Source: a virus
Strand: one strand, 5' to 3'
DNA length: 64,000 nt
IMG/VR virus record: IMGVR_UViG_3300045988_080644
Below are positions 47,019-56,490 of this stretch, one piece after another. The notes under the pieces were generated by a model. It ran no database searches and was not told the DNA's origin. It worked only from the letters and a program-made list of their open reading frames with translations. The position numbers and the translations under genes were made by a program. Positions within the stretch are counted from its first letter, which is position 1, and every line of letters begins with the position of its first letter.

Positions 47019-47517
47019 ATTCTATTAAATATTCAAAGAATCCATCATAAGATAAGTTATCTTTTATTGTAATAACTTCCTTTCTATTATCTACAGATTT
47101 ACACCATTGGTGCCTATTAACTACCTGATAAAGAGTTTTATTATTGTATACCATATCTAACATAGCTTCCCAAGTAGCTATATTTCTAGTACTAGAATCT
47201 TCATCGTCTTTAGTTATATAGTTAAAAATAAATATCAATTGCCACTTTTTAAACAAAGTAATAGAAATATAAGGGTCCCATTCATGTTCGATTCTCTCAT
47301 ATTTCCATTTCCAACCAATAGCACTAAATCTAATATCTAATATCTTATTATAATATCTATCTGTTATAGGTAATCCAAAGAACCATATTTTCTTGCCACA
47401 ATAAATATGACAGTTAGGTCTATGGAACCAATTTCTACACTTCCACCAAACATAGAATGGATTTTTATACTCATTCCAATGCTTGATGAAAGTGCGTACT
47501 TTATTAATTAAGTTCAT
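46996..47517 (-). CDS. Hypothetical Trp-rich protein (173 aa)
   Basis: Intact ORF in a packed operon. Confidence 0.55.
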   Translation of the reverse strand: MNLINKVRTFIKHWNEYKNPFYVWWKCRNWFHRPNCHIYCGKKIWFFGLPITDRYYNKILDIRFSAIGWKWKYERIEHEWDPYISITLFKKWQLIFIFNYITKDDEDSSTRNIATWEAMLDMVYNNKTLYQVVNRHQWCKSVDNRKEVITIKDNLSYDGFFEYLIEYENMCNV

Positions 47518-48877
47518 CTTCTTTATCCATCTCTGGGTCAGATTGAGCTTTATCTACAAATTTGAAACATTTTAATTTCCAAGCGTGACCAATCATATCC
47601 TCCTTTTTAATAACTATACCTTCATGAGGTACCTTATTAACGCAAGAAGGTGATTTACATTCCATATAGAAACGCTTATCATTAGATAGTTTATCCAAAA
47701 ACTTTTTTGCCCAGTCCCTATCCTTACTATCTAATTCAGGATATAAATCCTTAGCATATCCATAATAATATTCAGTTACAGGAGTTAGCCCTACTGATTT
47801 ACAATACTGTTGCACTTCTCTTGCACTAAATTCATGTACTTCACCATCTACATTAGTTAGTGTGATTCTATAAGGTCTTACCTTAAAATGTTTTTCTGGC
47901 TTATATATCAAATTGTCTATAATAGCGTTAGGCTGTTCACAACCATAATCATATCCCTTTTGAATATATGTGCCAGTTGGATTGTATCCCACAATCTCTG
48001 CATAAATAGTCATACCCTTTTGAAGATATGGACGCAGATAATCATCGGCATACTTCCAAGTATCACAACCATAAAATCCTGGTGTTACATTAGGATTATA
48101 ATACTGGTTCTTAATTACATTCTTTGAAGCATATAGATGGTCATAAATATCGAAGTTATTACCTGTGAGCCATTTAGCTAATTTCTCTTTCCAAGTAAGT
48201 TCTTTATGACACATTACATATGCTGAAATATGGGAAGTTCCATGTATTTTCTCAGTAATACTAATTAAATCTTCAGGTTGAATTACATTAGGACATTTCT
48301 TGATAATAACTGTTTCGTAATGATATCTAAATTGAGAAGGGATGACTTTATCGAGTTCCTTCTTAACTTTACGTGTCTTTTTTGAGCCTCCTCCAGGAGT
48401 TCCCTGTGATCCTTTAACGATGAATTTCTTATTAACCCAAAATGTCTTGCCTTCATGTTCTACTGTATCAAATTCAGTTCCGTCAATTAATTCAATATCT
48501 CTATTAGTTATGGATATAAGCCAGTTAGTAAATTCTACAGCAGGTACAATAAATCCTTCTGATAATTCACCTCTTAATTTAACGGCTTTAACCTTACCAT
48601 TATCTTCAAATAGACCAGTTTTATGTGGATCATTGTTTTTCTCTGACTTTCTAAATAAGTTATTATAGGATAAAAAATCAGGATTAATACAACAAGCTGT
48701 TGGGAAATATATATATAACCCTGGTTCAGCATCTATTGAAGTAATGATATTAAATCCATCAATAGTACAACACTTGAGTTTAGTTACTTCTGGATTTGAA
48801 TGCTTTCTAAAAACTTTAATATTAACTACTTTAGCTAAGTAATTAATGTTACAATTTTTACTCTTGATTAGTTTCAT
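47504..48877 (-). CDS. Nucleotidyltransferase-superfamily ligase, RNA ligase-like
   Basis: Motif I TEKIHGTS (Kx[DH]G), IYAEIVGY, motif IV HEGIVIKK and motif V WKLKCFKF. It is distinct from the canonical DNA ligase at 50677..51900. Confidence 0.65.
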   Translation of the reverse strand: MKLIKSKNCNINYLAKVVNIKVFRKHSNPEVTKLKCCTIDGFNIITSIDAEPGLYIYFPTACCINPDFLSYNNLFRKSEKNNDPHKTGLFEDNGKVKAVKLRGELSEGFIVPAVEFTNWLISITNRDIELIDGTEFDTVEHEGKTFWVNKKFIVKGSQGTPGGGSKKTRKVKKELDKVIPSQFRYHYETVIIKKCPNVIQPEDLISITEKIHGTSHISAYVMCHKELTWKEKLAKWLTGNNFDIYDHLYASKNVIKNQYYNPNVTPGFYGCDTWKYADDYLRPYLQKGMTIYAEIVGYNPTGTYIQKGYDYGCEQPNAIIDNLIYKPEKHFKVRPYRITLTNVDGEVHEFSAREVQQYCKSVGLTPVTEYYYGYAKDLYPELDSKDRDWAKKFLDKLSNDKRFYMECKSPSCVNKVPHEGIVIKKEDMIGHAWKLKCFKFVDKAQSDPEMDKEDELN

Positions 48878-49184
48878 TATTAATTAATTCTTGAGAGAAC
48901 TTAATATTATCTAATGAAATAATCTCAGATACCCAAGGACACTTATCTAAGATTGCTAATCTAACCGCTTCTTTAACTTTAGATATTACTTGTTCTTTAG
49001 TTAAATTGGTATATTTACTTTTATCTACTTTGATACACCAAGGTAGGGCTGATTCAAACCCTCCTTGGTGTATTTTTATAGTAGCATCGAAATTAACAGC
49101 ATATTCCTTTAGCTTAGAAACATACTTAACTTTTGGTTTCTTTTCGATAACTACTGGTGGAACAACTATTTTCTTTTTAGGCAT
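48858..49184 (-). CDS. Hypothetical protein (108 aa)
   Basis: Intact ORF. Confidence 0.55.
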   Translation of the reverse strand: MPKKKIVVPPVVIEKKPKVKYVSKLKEYAVNFDATIKIHQGGFESALPWCIKVDKSKYTNLTKEQVISKVKEAVRLAILDKCPWVSEIISLDNIKFSQELINNETNQE

Positions 49185-49501
49185 TATGCAAATTCATCAT
49201 CCGAAGCAACAGATTTGAAATATTCACACAGAAAGTTGGCATATACTTGTGATTGTGCTTCACTATAGCTATTATCGAAATAGAACTGAAAACAATGGAG
49301 GAGTTCATGCCAAAATGTATTGGTTATTTGATCTTCTGTCAACTTCACCACAGTTTTATCTTCTAGTTCTATGGTCTTAGCTATAGTTATAGTATTAGTA
49401 GCATCACACCAATTTCCGTAATTATTATCATTTGTTTTTTCTACTAATTCTACTTTAATAGTATTTCCAGCACACTTAAACTCACTTGGCAATTGCATCA
49501 A
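49184..49501 (-). CDS. Small HExxH protein (105 aa), putative metallopeptidase-like
   Basis: FWHELLHCF motif. Confidence 0.5.
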   Translation of the reverse strand: MMQLPSEFKCAGNTIKVELVEKTNDNNYGNWCDATNTITIAKTIELEDKTVVKLTEDQITNTFWHELLHCFQFYFDNSYSEAQSQVYANFLCEYFKSVASDDEFA

Positions 49502-49880
49502 TAATTTTCATTACTTGTTCGGGAGTCATCTTACATATGTCTTCAGGATCTTCTAAATTTGCTCTGTTTTCTAGATAGTTAAGTAAATCATCCATTACAT
49601 CTAAGGTGCCTATTGGTAGATGATTTTTAATAACAGAATATTCTATATCAGAGAGTTCTACTGGTTCAAATTGTAATAAATCTAAACCATATTCTCGACC
49701 TTGGTATATCTCATATTCCCAGGCTTCATTACTACCAAATCCTTTTGTAGTAAATGCACTACCTAATTTGAGTTTAGCATACATATAGATGCGATACATA
49801 TTTTCATCTAATAGTTCATAGAAAGGCATATCAAATTCATCACACCAATCTACACTATAATTAATTAAATAATGTTTCAT
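49482..49880 (-). CDS. Hypothetical protein (132 aa)
   Basis: Intact ORF. Confidence 0.55.
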   Translation of the reverse strand: MKHYLINYSVDWCDEFDMPFYELLDENMYRIYMYAKLKLGSAFTTKGFGSNEAWEYEIYQGREYGLDLLQFEPVELSDIEYSVIKNHLPIGTLDVMDDLLNYLENRANLEDPEDICKMTPEQVMKIIDAIAK

Positions 49881-50521
49881 ATACCTGTTTGTGCTGTATA
49901 AAAGTTAATACTTCCAGTTCCAACTATATGAGCTTCTTCATCTACTTTATCTATATAGTACTCTACTTCACCCTCAAAATCCTCAATTATAGTAGCACAC
50001 CAAGAATGCTCTTCTATCCAAGATTTCCAATCAGGGTTATATGCAAGTATCTCATCAAGTAGGAACACTCCTACAAGACCTGCATCTGCACAGAATCCTC
50101 CTATAGCTTTACCTTCATCAGGAATAGGGAGTTCGTCATCTCCATATTCCTCATCTTCGAGGTTATCATTCAGAACTCGTAGAATGCTTTCTAGAAGTTC
50201 TTTTGGTTCCTCCTCTGTTTGATAAGTAGTACAACTCCAATCTCCATAAATAGTAGATTCAGAAATATAATTATGGATACCTAATACTTCCATATTCTCT
50301 CCAAAATCACATTTACCCCAATCGTCATATTTACGAGACTCACTGAAGTAATAATCTAGAGCAGCTTTGTAAGCTAACTCTTCTGGGGTAGAGTAATCCT
50401 TAAATGGTTTACTACTTATAGACGCCAGAAGTCCAAAATCCTCTTCATTAGGACACTTAATAGGATTCTCCTTAATTATATAACATGGGTCTGTAATTAC
50501 AATGGTTCCTTTAAAGTACAT
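49877..50521 (-). CDS. Hypothetical protein (214 aa)
   Basis: Intact ORF. Confidence 0.55.
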   Translation of the reverse strand: MYFKGTIVITDPCYIIKENPIKCPNEEDFGLLASISSKPFKDYSTPEELAYKAALDYYFSESRKYDDWGKCDFGENMEVLGIHNYISESTIYGDWSCTTYQTEEEPKELLESILRVLNDNLEDEEYGDDELPIPDEGKAIGGFCADAGLVGVFLLDEILAYNPDWKSWIEEHSWCATIIEDFEGEVEYYIDKVDEEAHIVGTGSINFYTAQTGI

Positions 50522-50655
50522 TAGTCTGCAAAATTTAGAGTTGCCCCTACTTGAGCATTATTTAATGTATCTAAATCATATTTATCAAATCTACCTATGG
50601 ATTTGCCTTTATAAATTACCTCGTAGTGTCCTTTACCTATCAGTTTTATTTTCAT
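50521..50655 (-). CDS. Possible small protein (44 aa)
   Basis: It fills the 155-nt gap after the ligase gene. Its TAA overlaps the next ATG (TAATG). It is below the ORF-track size cut-off. Confidence 0.3.
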   Translation of the reverse strand: MKIKLIGKGHYEVIYKGKSIGRFDKYDLDTLNNAQVGATLNFAD

Positions 50656-50676
50656 ATATAAGATTATTAATAAAAT

Positions 50677-51900
50677 TTACTCCAAATCGAAGCGGAAGAT
50701 TCTCAATTTTGGCTGCGTCGGGATATTATCATCTGAATAGTTAAAGAAAGTACATTCAGCTTTATGCCCTTTGTACTTAGTTTCAAAGTTCTCAACATAT
50801 TCAGCCTTAATTTCCCTATTACCTACTGGCATAGCTTCAAAAGTACGTCCATCTTCTAATTCGCAAGTAAATGTCATATCTTCAGAACCTCTAAGTCCCA
50901 ATTTATATCCAATTACTTTAAAATCCTCAGACTTATATTGTTTAATCTTTATAAGATTATTACAACGAGAACCTACTTTATAAGGCTTGGAAGGGTCTGT
51001 AATTACAGCCCCTTCAAATCCTGCAGAAACCCATTCATCGTGAAGTTTCTTCATATTATCCCAACCAGATACATATTCATGTCCCAAGAGTCTGATTGGT
51101 GCTTCTGATTCATCCTCACTACTTCTATAAATAGGGAAATTATGAGCCTCTGCAAATTTATCTTCTAAGAACTTATAACGTTCTGAAGCTATCATGTCAA
51201 TATCTGCAGAGTTATAACAATCATATACCCAATACTGCAACCAATCACAATCATAAGCATTCTTCTCCATTCTAGCAGCTCCTGAAAGTTGCTGAAGAGT
51301 CTTACCTCTTACGAACAACTCACCATCAAGAATAACAGTAGGATTTTCTTTGAAGAAAGCGAGCAAAGAAGGGTTAGTACGCAAGTGAACTGTACTATAG
51401 TCGTAATGTTCACCACCACGGCTAGCTGTATGAATTTCTTTACCATCCCAGTAGAATAATGCCTTTACACCATCGAGTTTTCTACTAATTAGCCATTCTT
51501 TATTAAATATCTTAGGATTTGTAACCTTATCAGCTTGTTTAGCTAATTGAGGTTTAATTACACCATACTGATTGGTTTTAACATCCCCAAATATACTAAG
51601 GAGTTCATCATCAGTATATTCATTAGGATGTTTATCAATTTCTTTATAGCCCTTATCTAAATATTTCTTAACTTCAGAGTTGAATTGTAAAGTATATTGT
51701 TCTTGCCAATTTCTCTTCTGTTTAGTTCTATCTACAATAATTTGAGGTGAGAGGGTTGTTTTTCCCCTCACCTGACCATAACTACGTTGAATTATATAAC
51801 CAGCTCGTCCATCGCCAATTGAATGCCATTCTTCATCACATTCTACAACTGCAAAACGAAACTTACCAGTACTAGCGCGTCCTAAAAGATATTTAATCAT
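50677..51900 (-). CDS. ATP-dependent DNA ligase
   Basis: Motif I SRKLDGVKA, motif III ILDGELF, motif IV FEGAVITDP and motif V NLIKIKQYK. Confidence 0.85.
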   Translation of the reverse strand: MIKYLLGRASTGKFRFAVVECDEEWHSIGDGRAGYIIQRSYGQVRGKTTLSPQIIVDRTKQKRNWQEQYTLQFNSEVKKYLDKGYKEIDKHPNEYTDDELLSIFGDVKTNQYGVIKPQLAKQADKVTNPKIFNKEWLISRKLDGVKALFYWDGKEIHTASRGGEHYDYSTVHLRTNPSLLAFFKENPTVILDGELFVRGKTLQQLSGAARMEKNAYDCDWLQYWVYDCYNSADIDMIASERYKFLEDKFAEAHNFPIYRSSEDESEAPIRLLGHEYVSGWDNMKKLHDEWVSAGFEGAVITDPSKPYKVGSRCNNLIKIKQYKSEDFKVIGYKLGLRGSEDMTFTCELEDGRTFEAMPVGNREIKAEYVENFETKYKGHKAECTFFNYSDDNIPTQPKLRIFRFDLE

Positions 51901-52214
51901 TACTTACGAAACTTTTTAACAATGTTCCAAAGGTCATCTACTGTTTCTGTTGGAATTTCTGAACCATCTTCATTATAGGCTTTATTTACTTCATCACCTT
52001 CAAACAAAGCAGGTCTTTCATATATCCACCAGTTAATCCAATCTACTCCATCTTCATCGAATGTAATATCCCAAATTGATTCGGCAAGATCAGCTACAGT
52101 ATCTCCTATAGGAAGTTCCCACAGATTAATACCAAAATCATCCCATCTATCGTATTCTTTATTCAATTTCAATGTGTCTTCAATAACCTTTGTGAATTGT
52201 TCCTTAGTAATCAT
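51900..52214 (-). CDS. Hypothetical protein (104 aa)
   Basis: Intact ORF. Confidence 0.55.
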   Translation of the reverse strand: MITKEQFTKVIEDTLKLNKEYDRWDDFGINLWELPIGDTVADLAESIWDITFDEDGVDWINWWIYERPALFEGDEVNKAYNEDGSEIPTETVDDLWNIVKKFRK

Positions 52215-52268
52215 ATTAATTAATATTAAATATTAAGTATTTATCTAATTAATCTAATAAATCTAATA

Positions 52269-52769
52269 TCAGTTACGAACTCCAGTGTGTCCATAACCAC
52301 CTTCTCCACGTTCCGTTTTATCGAGTTCATCAACTAATGTAAATTCAGCTTGTTCACATTTATAAATAATACCTTGCCCGATTTTATCCCCCTGCTGTAC
52401 TGTAAATGGTTCAAATCCATTATTCTGTACAATAAGACCAATGTCTCCACGATAATCAGCATCTATAACTCCGAAAGAATTAGCCATAGTCACTCCTTTC
52501 TTGAGACCGAGACCACTTCTAGTTACAACAGCTAACATATATCCTTTTGGAATAGCCATGTGCAAACCAGTTGGAATTAAAGCACGACCACCTGGATAAA
52601 TTGTAATCTCAACAATCTTTCCATTTATATTTCGTGAAAGAGAACAATTCCAAGTAAGCTTTTCCTTTACTTCAGTTACATTGGCACAAAAATCAAATCC
52701 AGCAGAGCCAGATGTTGCATATTCAGGGAGAGCATTGTTAGACTTATTAATTACAGGTACTTTCAACAT
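52269..52769 (-). CDS. dut: dUTP diphosphatase (trimeric dUTPase)
   Basis: All five dUTPase motifs are present: SAGFDF, TRSGLGLKKG, GVIDADYRGDIG, GDKIGQGI and RGEGGYGHTG. Confidence 0.9.
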   Translation of the reverse strand: MLKVPVINKSNNALPEYATSGSAGFDFCANVTEVKEKLTWNCSLSRNINGKIVEITIYPGGRALIPTGLHMAIPKGYMLAVVTRSGLGLKKGVTMANSFGVIDADYRGDIGLIVQNNGFEPFTVQQGDKIGQGIIYKCEQAEFTLVDELDKTERGEGGYGHTGVRN

Positions 52770-53037
52770 TACAATAACGATTTAAAATTTCAGAAATATT
52801 ATCTAAAGTGCATTCATTTGATTCACTATAAAAAGGAATCTCATGATTATTATCTTTAAATAAAGCAAATGGAGTTAATCTAGCACTATAACCACCTTTT
52901 AATCGGTATGCTTTCTTTTTCTCTAGATAATGAGACTCATTATAAGTTTTTATAGTGACACTATAAATAGTAGCCAAGTCCTCCAATTGTTTTTTAAAAT
53001 CTAAAATATCATTATTATAAGCTAATTCTAAAGTCAT
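52747..53037 (-). CDS. Hypothetical protein (96 aa)
   Basis: Intact ORF between dut and nrdG. Confidence 0.5.
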   Translation of the reverse strand: MTLELAYNNDILDFKKQLEDLATIYSVTIKTYNESHYLEKKKAYRLKGGYSARLTPFALFKDNNHEIPFYSESNECTLDNISEILNRYCNVESTCN

Positions 53038-53513
53038 TAATTACTTTTATGCCAAAAATAACTAGTTATATCTTTAGTTATTGATCTTCCACAAGTATTA
53101 TCAATTTCCAACATTACTTGATTTGTATTAGGATTATCTAATCCTCCTCTTTCTTCTACATAAGGACCTAATTTCACATAATCAAAATACTGTAAATCAA
53201 TTTCTGGAGCTAAATGATTTCTACCACTATACCAACCAACTTTTAAGTTATACTCTGTTTTAATATATTGTGCAAGAGCATTAACACTTTTTGGCTCTAT
53301 GTCTCCACCCATAAACCCTACACAAGTAATACCTTTATTTTCTGTAATTAACTTATGTAAAGTTAATTCTCCTAAAGGTTCTCCTATGTCCTCAGCAAGA
53401 TAAGATGAATGGCAACCAGGACAATGGCAAGGACATTGACTAATATTGATACACAAACTAATTTCGTTAGGAAACTCTGAGAAAGTAACCATCGAATTGA
53501 CATATTTAATCAT
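53037..53513 (-). CDS. nrdG: Anaerobic ribonucleoside-triphosphate reductase activating protein (radical SAM)
   Basis: CxxxCxxC cluster within CPCHCPGCHS. It has the small size (158 aa) typical of NrdG, and nrdD is nearby. Confidence 0.8.
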   Translation of the reverse strand: MIKYVNSMVTFSEFPNEISLCINISQCPCHCPGCHSSYLAEDIGEPLGELTLHKLITENKGITCVGFMGGDIEPKSVNALAQYIKTEYNLKVGWYSGRNHLAPEIDLQYFDYVKLGPYVEERGGLDNPNTNQVMLEIDNTCGRSITKDITSYFWHKSN

Positions 53514-53751
53514 TTAAATAATCATTACATTCTTCCCAGAGTTCATCTATTCCGTCTCCCCATTCTACATCTCCATGTTCTACCCCTAATGTATCTAAAT
53601 ATCTCAGAACAAGAGTATTTATATGCTCATAAATGAACATTCGTAAATCTTCATCAGACATTGAAGCACATTTAGAATCTAAAGACCTTACAAAGTCAAT
53701 AAGTTCTCTAGCTTCTATTTCTTCATAAACATTAAGATTTATATATGCCAT
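53506..53751 (-). CDS. Hypothetical acidic protein (81 aa)
   Basis: Intact ORF. Confidence 0.5.
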   Translation of the reverse strand: MAYINLNVYEEIEARELIDFVRSLDSKCASMSDEDLRMFIYEHINTLVLRYLDTLGVEHGDVEWGDGIDELWEECNDYLND

Positions 53752-54440
53752 TCTTCAATTTTATTGGTTTCTGTGTTTAGCACAAATGGTTTACAGCAAT
53801 CTAACATAGCATGCTTATCTGTAATTAAAGGTTTAGTTCTTCCTCCCCAAGAGTGTCCAAATATTTGATAATAACCTTTATATGGAGTTTGCAGTTGAAA
53901 ATCTTCTAAATCATTCCAGACACAAGAGCCATATTTATTATATCCTCCTCTAGAATAAGGGATATGATCAAGAGCACTAAGATTAGTTATATCTATACTA
54001 TCTAAGTCTTTTAATTCTAGATTATTATAATCTAACCAGTCTTTAGTAATGCCTGCATGGGAGAATAAGTATTTATGAGGCTCTTTAAGAGTTAAATCTT
54101 CATATATGTAATATAATTGAGGATTTAAACTACTAATTAGCTCCTTTACTTCTTTTTGTTGCCAGTAATCGAATCTGCATTTACCATTTCCATTGAAATA
54201 AACTAAATCGTGATTACCTAATAAACATATAACATTAGAAGTATAACGTCTATTTTCTACAAAGGTAACTAATTCTCTAAGATTAGTTAAAGATTCTACT
54301 TTATCAGGCTCTTCTACTATATATTCTCCGTAAGGGTCGTGATAATCTCCTAAGAATATAATTTTACCTTCCCAATTATTGCATGGTTCTTTCCAAAAAC
54401 CACGACCATGCACATCAGGCACAATTAATATTTTAGTCAC
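53739..54440 (-). CDS. Ser/Thr phosphatase-type metallophosphoesterase
   Basis: VPDVHGR, FLGDYHD, LLGNHD and FGHS motifs. Confidence 0.8.
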   Translation of the reverse strand: MTKILIVPDVHGRGFWKEPCNNWEGKIIFLGDYHDPYGEYIVEEPDKVESLTNLRELVTFVENRRYTSNVICLLGNHDLVYFNGNGKCRFDYWQQKEVKELISSLNPQLYYIYEDLTLKEPHKYLFSHAGITKDWLDYNNLELKDLDSIDITNLSALDHIPYSRGGYNKYGSCVWNDLEDFQLQTPYKGYYQIFGHSWGGRTKPLITDKHAMLDCCKPFVLNTETNKIEEWHI

Positions 54441-54741
54441 TCAAATACCACTTTTTAAATTTTTCTAAGAACTCATCTTCGGTAACTAACTCTGTAATAT
54501 CTTCAGCATCTATATCACCATTAGAATAATTATAAGGAGAAGCTTCTTTAATTAATTCCTCTATGTAATTTTCTATATTGTCTTGAATGCCTTCAATAAT
54601 CTCGTCTATGCTATCGTCTTCAGTTCCTATATAAGTACGATATACGTAAAGTAAAGCTGAATAAAGGGTATTTTCATCAACAAATACTTGTCGAATTTCA
54701 CGCCATGTTAAATTTATCATTTTTGAAGTTCTTTTAAACAT
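54433..54741 (-). CDS. Hypothetical acidic protein (102 aa)
   Basis: Intact ORF. Confidence 0.5.
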   Translation of the reverse strand: MFKRTSKMINLTWREIRQVFVDENTLYSALLYVYRTYIGTEDDSIDEIIEGIQDNIENYIEELIKEASPYNYSNGDIDAEDITELVTEDEFLEKFKKWYLSD

Positions 54742-54813
54742 TTAGTATAGTAATCTACTAATTTATCTCCTGCTACTTCTTTTATTTGTTCAGCAATATC
54801 TTCAGAATACATA

Positions 54814-55128
54814 TTAATATGGTTCGAATTGTTGTTTTACTAACTTACCTTCTTTATATTCAAATGTTCGTTCGCCTCTTACTGAATCATCAGGCTCATA
54901 TCCTTCATAATAGTATTTACCGTCTTTGAAAAATATTTCATCTTCTACGATGGTACAATTATAAGGAAGCCAATCTGCGTCTAGATTTTTTTCAAAAGGT
55001 ATGTAAACATCATATATTGATACAGCTTCTTTAGTAGTATAATAAATATCATCATACTCTTCAAAAGCTTTCAAATTATAAGATATTTCAGTAATAGCCT
55101 CACCATCAAATTTTCCGTATAACTTCAT
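54814..55128 (-). CDS. Hypothetical protein (104 aa)
   Basis: Intact ORF. Confidence 0.5.
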   Translation of the reverse strand: MKLYGKFDGEAITEISYNLKAFEEYDDIYYTTKEAVSIYDVYIPFEKNLDADWLPYNCTIVEDEIFFKDGKYYYEGYEPDDSVRGERTFEYKEGKLVKQQFEPY

Positions 55129-55557
55129 TACAGTAAAGATTTAAATATTTTGACAATAGTACCTTTCTGAGCAGTAGGAAATTTACGTTGAATATGTGTA
55201 ATAACCATTTTAGTATCCTTAATAGTCAGAGTCATTATTTTCATTAACTCGGAAATAAATTCTCTAATTTCTTGTTCTGAAGGTTCTACAGGCATTATTC
55301 CTCGAATATAACCAATTTCTTTAACCTCCTTAAGTGCCAAATCTTTACGACCCGCCTTCTCATAAATAGCCATAGCTTTTTCGCGCTCTTTAAAAAACAT
55401 CTAGTTCAGAAACTGGTTTCTCGGAATGCTGATTATTAATCAACGCAGCTTTAATTAATTTAGCTGTTTCTAACATAAGGGTATTAGAAGTTTTTCTAGC
55501 ACCTTCAATCAAGATATCAACTGTCTGTTCTATTGTTATTTTATTATCGTTCATCAT
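55128..55557 (-). CDS. GatB/YqeY-domain protein, split by a 1-nt frame change at a T6 run (N-part 55390..55557, C-part 55128..55400)
   Basis: The C-part KEREKAMAIYEKAGRKDLALKEVKEIGYIRGIMPVEPSEQEIREFI is collinear with bacterial YqeY ([39 protein letters not shown]). The N-part LETAKLIKAALIN...PVSELDV matches the YqeY N-terminus. The two parts sum to ~142 aa, the usual YqeY size. Confidence 0.7.
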
Positions 55558-55717
55558 TAATTGTAATATTAGGGTTAATCATATAATCTATTTCATCTAA
55601 ATTAAAGTCCATTGACTCTAACTAGTCATCTATAGCAGCATTATTCATACTTGGATAGGGAAGTTTATAAATCCATACAGACCCATCATAATAATCTAGC
55701 ACAATTATTTCTTCCAT
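55544..55717 (-). CDS. Possible small acidic protein (57 aa) containing one in-frame TAG
   Basis: ATG 55717, in-frame TAG at 55622-55624 (codon 32), TAA at 55544-55546. Its 3' end overlaps the YqeY start (ATGATG). Under the standard code it stops after 31 aa. Confidence 0.35.
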
Positions 55718-55719
55718 AA

Positions 55720-55941
55720 TTATTCTAAATGAGAGTCATAATCGTAATCTATCATAGCAGTTAAATAATTAATAGCTGCTAATTCTCCACTATGTAGACT
55801 AATCTGTTTATCGTTAATTGTTATATCCCAGCCATCTCCATTGATCCATTCTGTTACTACTATATAATCAGAATCTTTGCCATATGTGAAATTGCGTAGA
55901 GAACAATTAACTGATTTAAGCTGTTTTCTTTCTACACTCAT
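55720..55941 (-). CDS. Hypothetical protein (73 aa)
   Basis: Intact ORF. Confidence 0.5.
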   Translation of the reverse strand: MSVERKQLKSVNCSLRNFTYGKDSDYIVVTEWINGDGWDITINDKQISLHSGELAAINYLTAMIDYDYDSHLE

Positions 55942-55984
55942 AGATAGAAAAAGGAGACCTAGTTACCTAAGTCTCCTTAACCGT

Positions 55985-56215
55985 TTATAAATTGTTTTCT
56001 AAATAATCTAAAATATTTTGATGGGTAGAATCATCTATTTGCATACCAACCTCACCTACCAAATTACATACACAAGATTCTAGATATTCAAGTCCTTTGT
56101 CGGTTTCTAAATAGTCTAAAATCTCATCTATGTTTTTAGTGTAAAATTCTTGATGGATAAAGTCTCTTAGAGCTTCTTCATCAAGTGTTTCTTCTTTAAC
56201 TAATGTTATTTCCAT
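55985..56215 (-). CDS. Hypothetical acidic protein (76 aa)
   Basis: Intact ORF. Confidence 0.5.
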   Translation of the reverse strand: MEITLVKEETLDEEALRDFIHQEFYTKNIDEILDYLETDKGLEYLESCVCNLVGEVGMQIDDSTHQNILDYLENNL

Positions 56216-56469
56216 TATTTACTAAGTAATTCCTTTATCTTACTAGCTGGAACTGCTCCGGACAATCTGCCTACTTCCATTCCATCTACTAAATAGATAA
56301 GAGTAGGCATATTTCTAATCTGATACTTTAGTGTTTTCTGTTCTTCAATTTCACAATCTACTATTGTTAACTTAACATCAGGAAAGTCTTTAAGTACATT
56401 ATCCAATGTAGGTTTAAGAGCTTTACACTGACCACACCACTCTGCTTCAAACTTTAATAACTCTTTCAT
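56215..56469 (-). CDS. Thioredoxin
   Basis: Active-site WCGQCK, an 84-aa thioredoxin-fold size and the cis-Pro region NMPTLIY. Confidence 0.8.
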   Translation of the reverse strand: MKELLKFEAEWCGQCKALKPTLDNVLKDFPDVKLTIVDCEIEEQKTLKYQIRNMPTLIYLVDGMEVGRLSGAVPASKIKELLSK

Positions 56470-56490
56470 TAAAAATCAATTTCTGTTATA

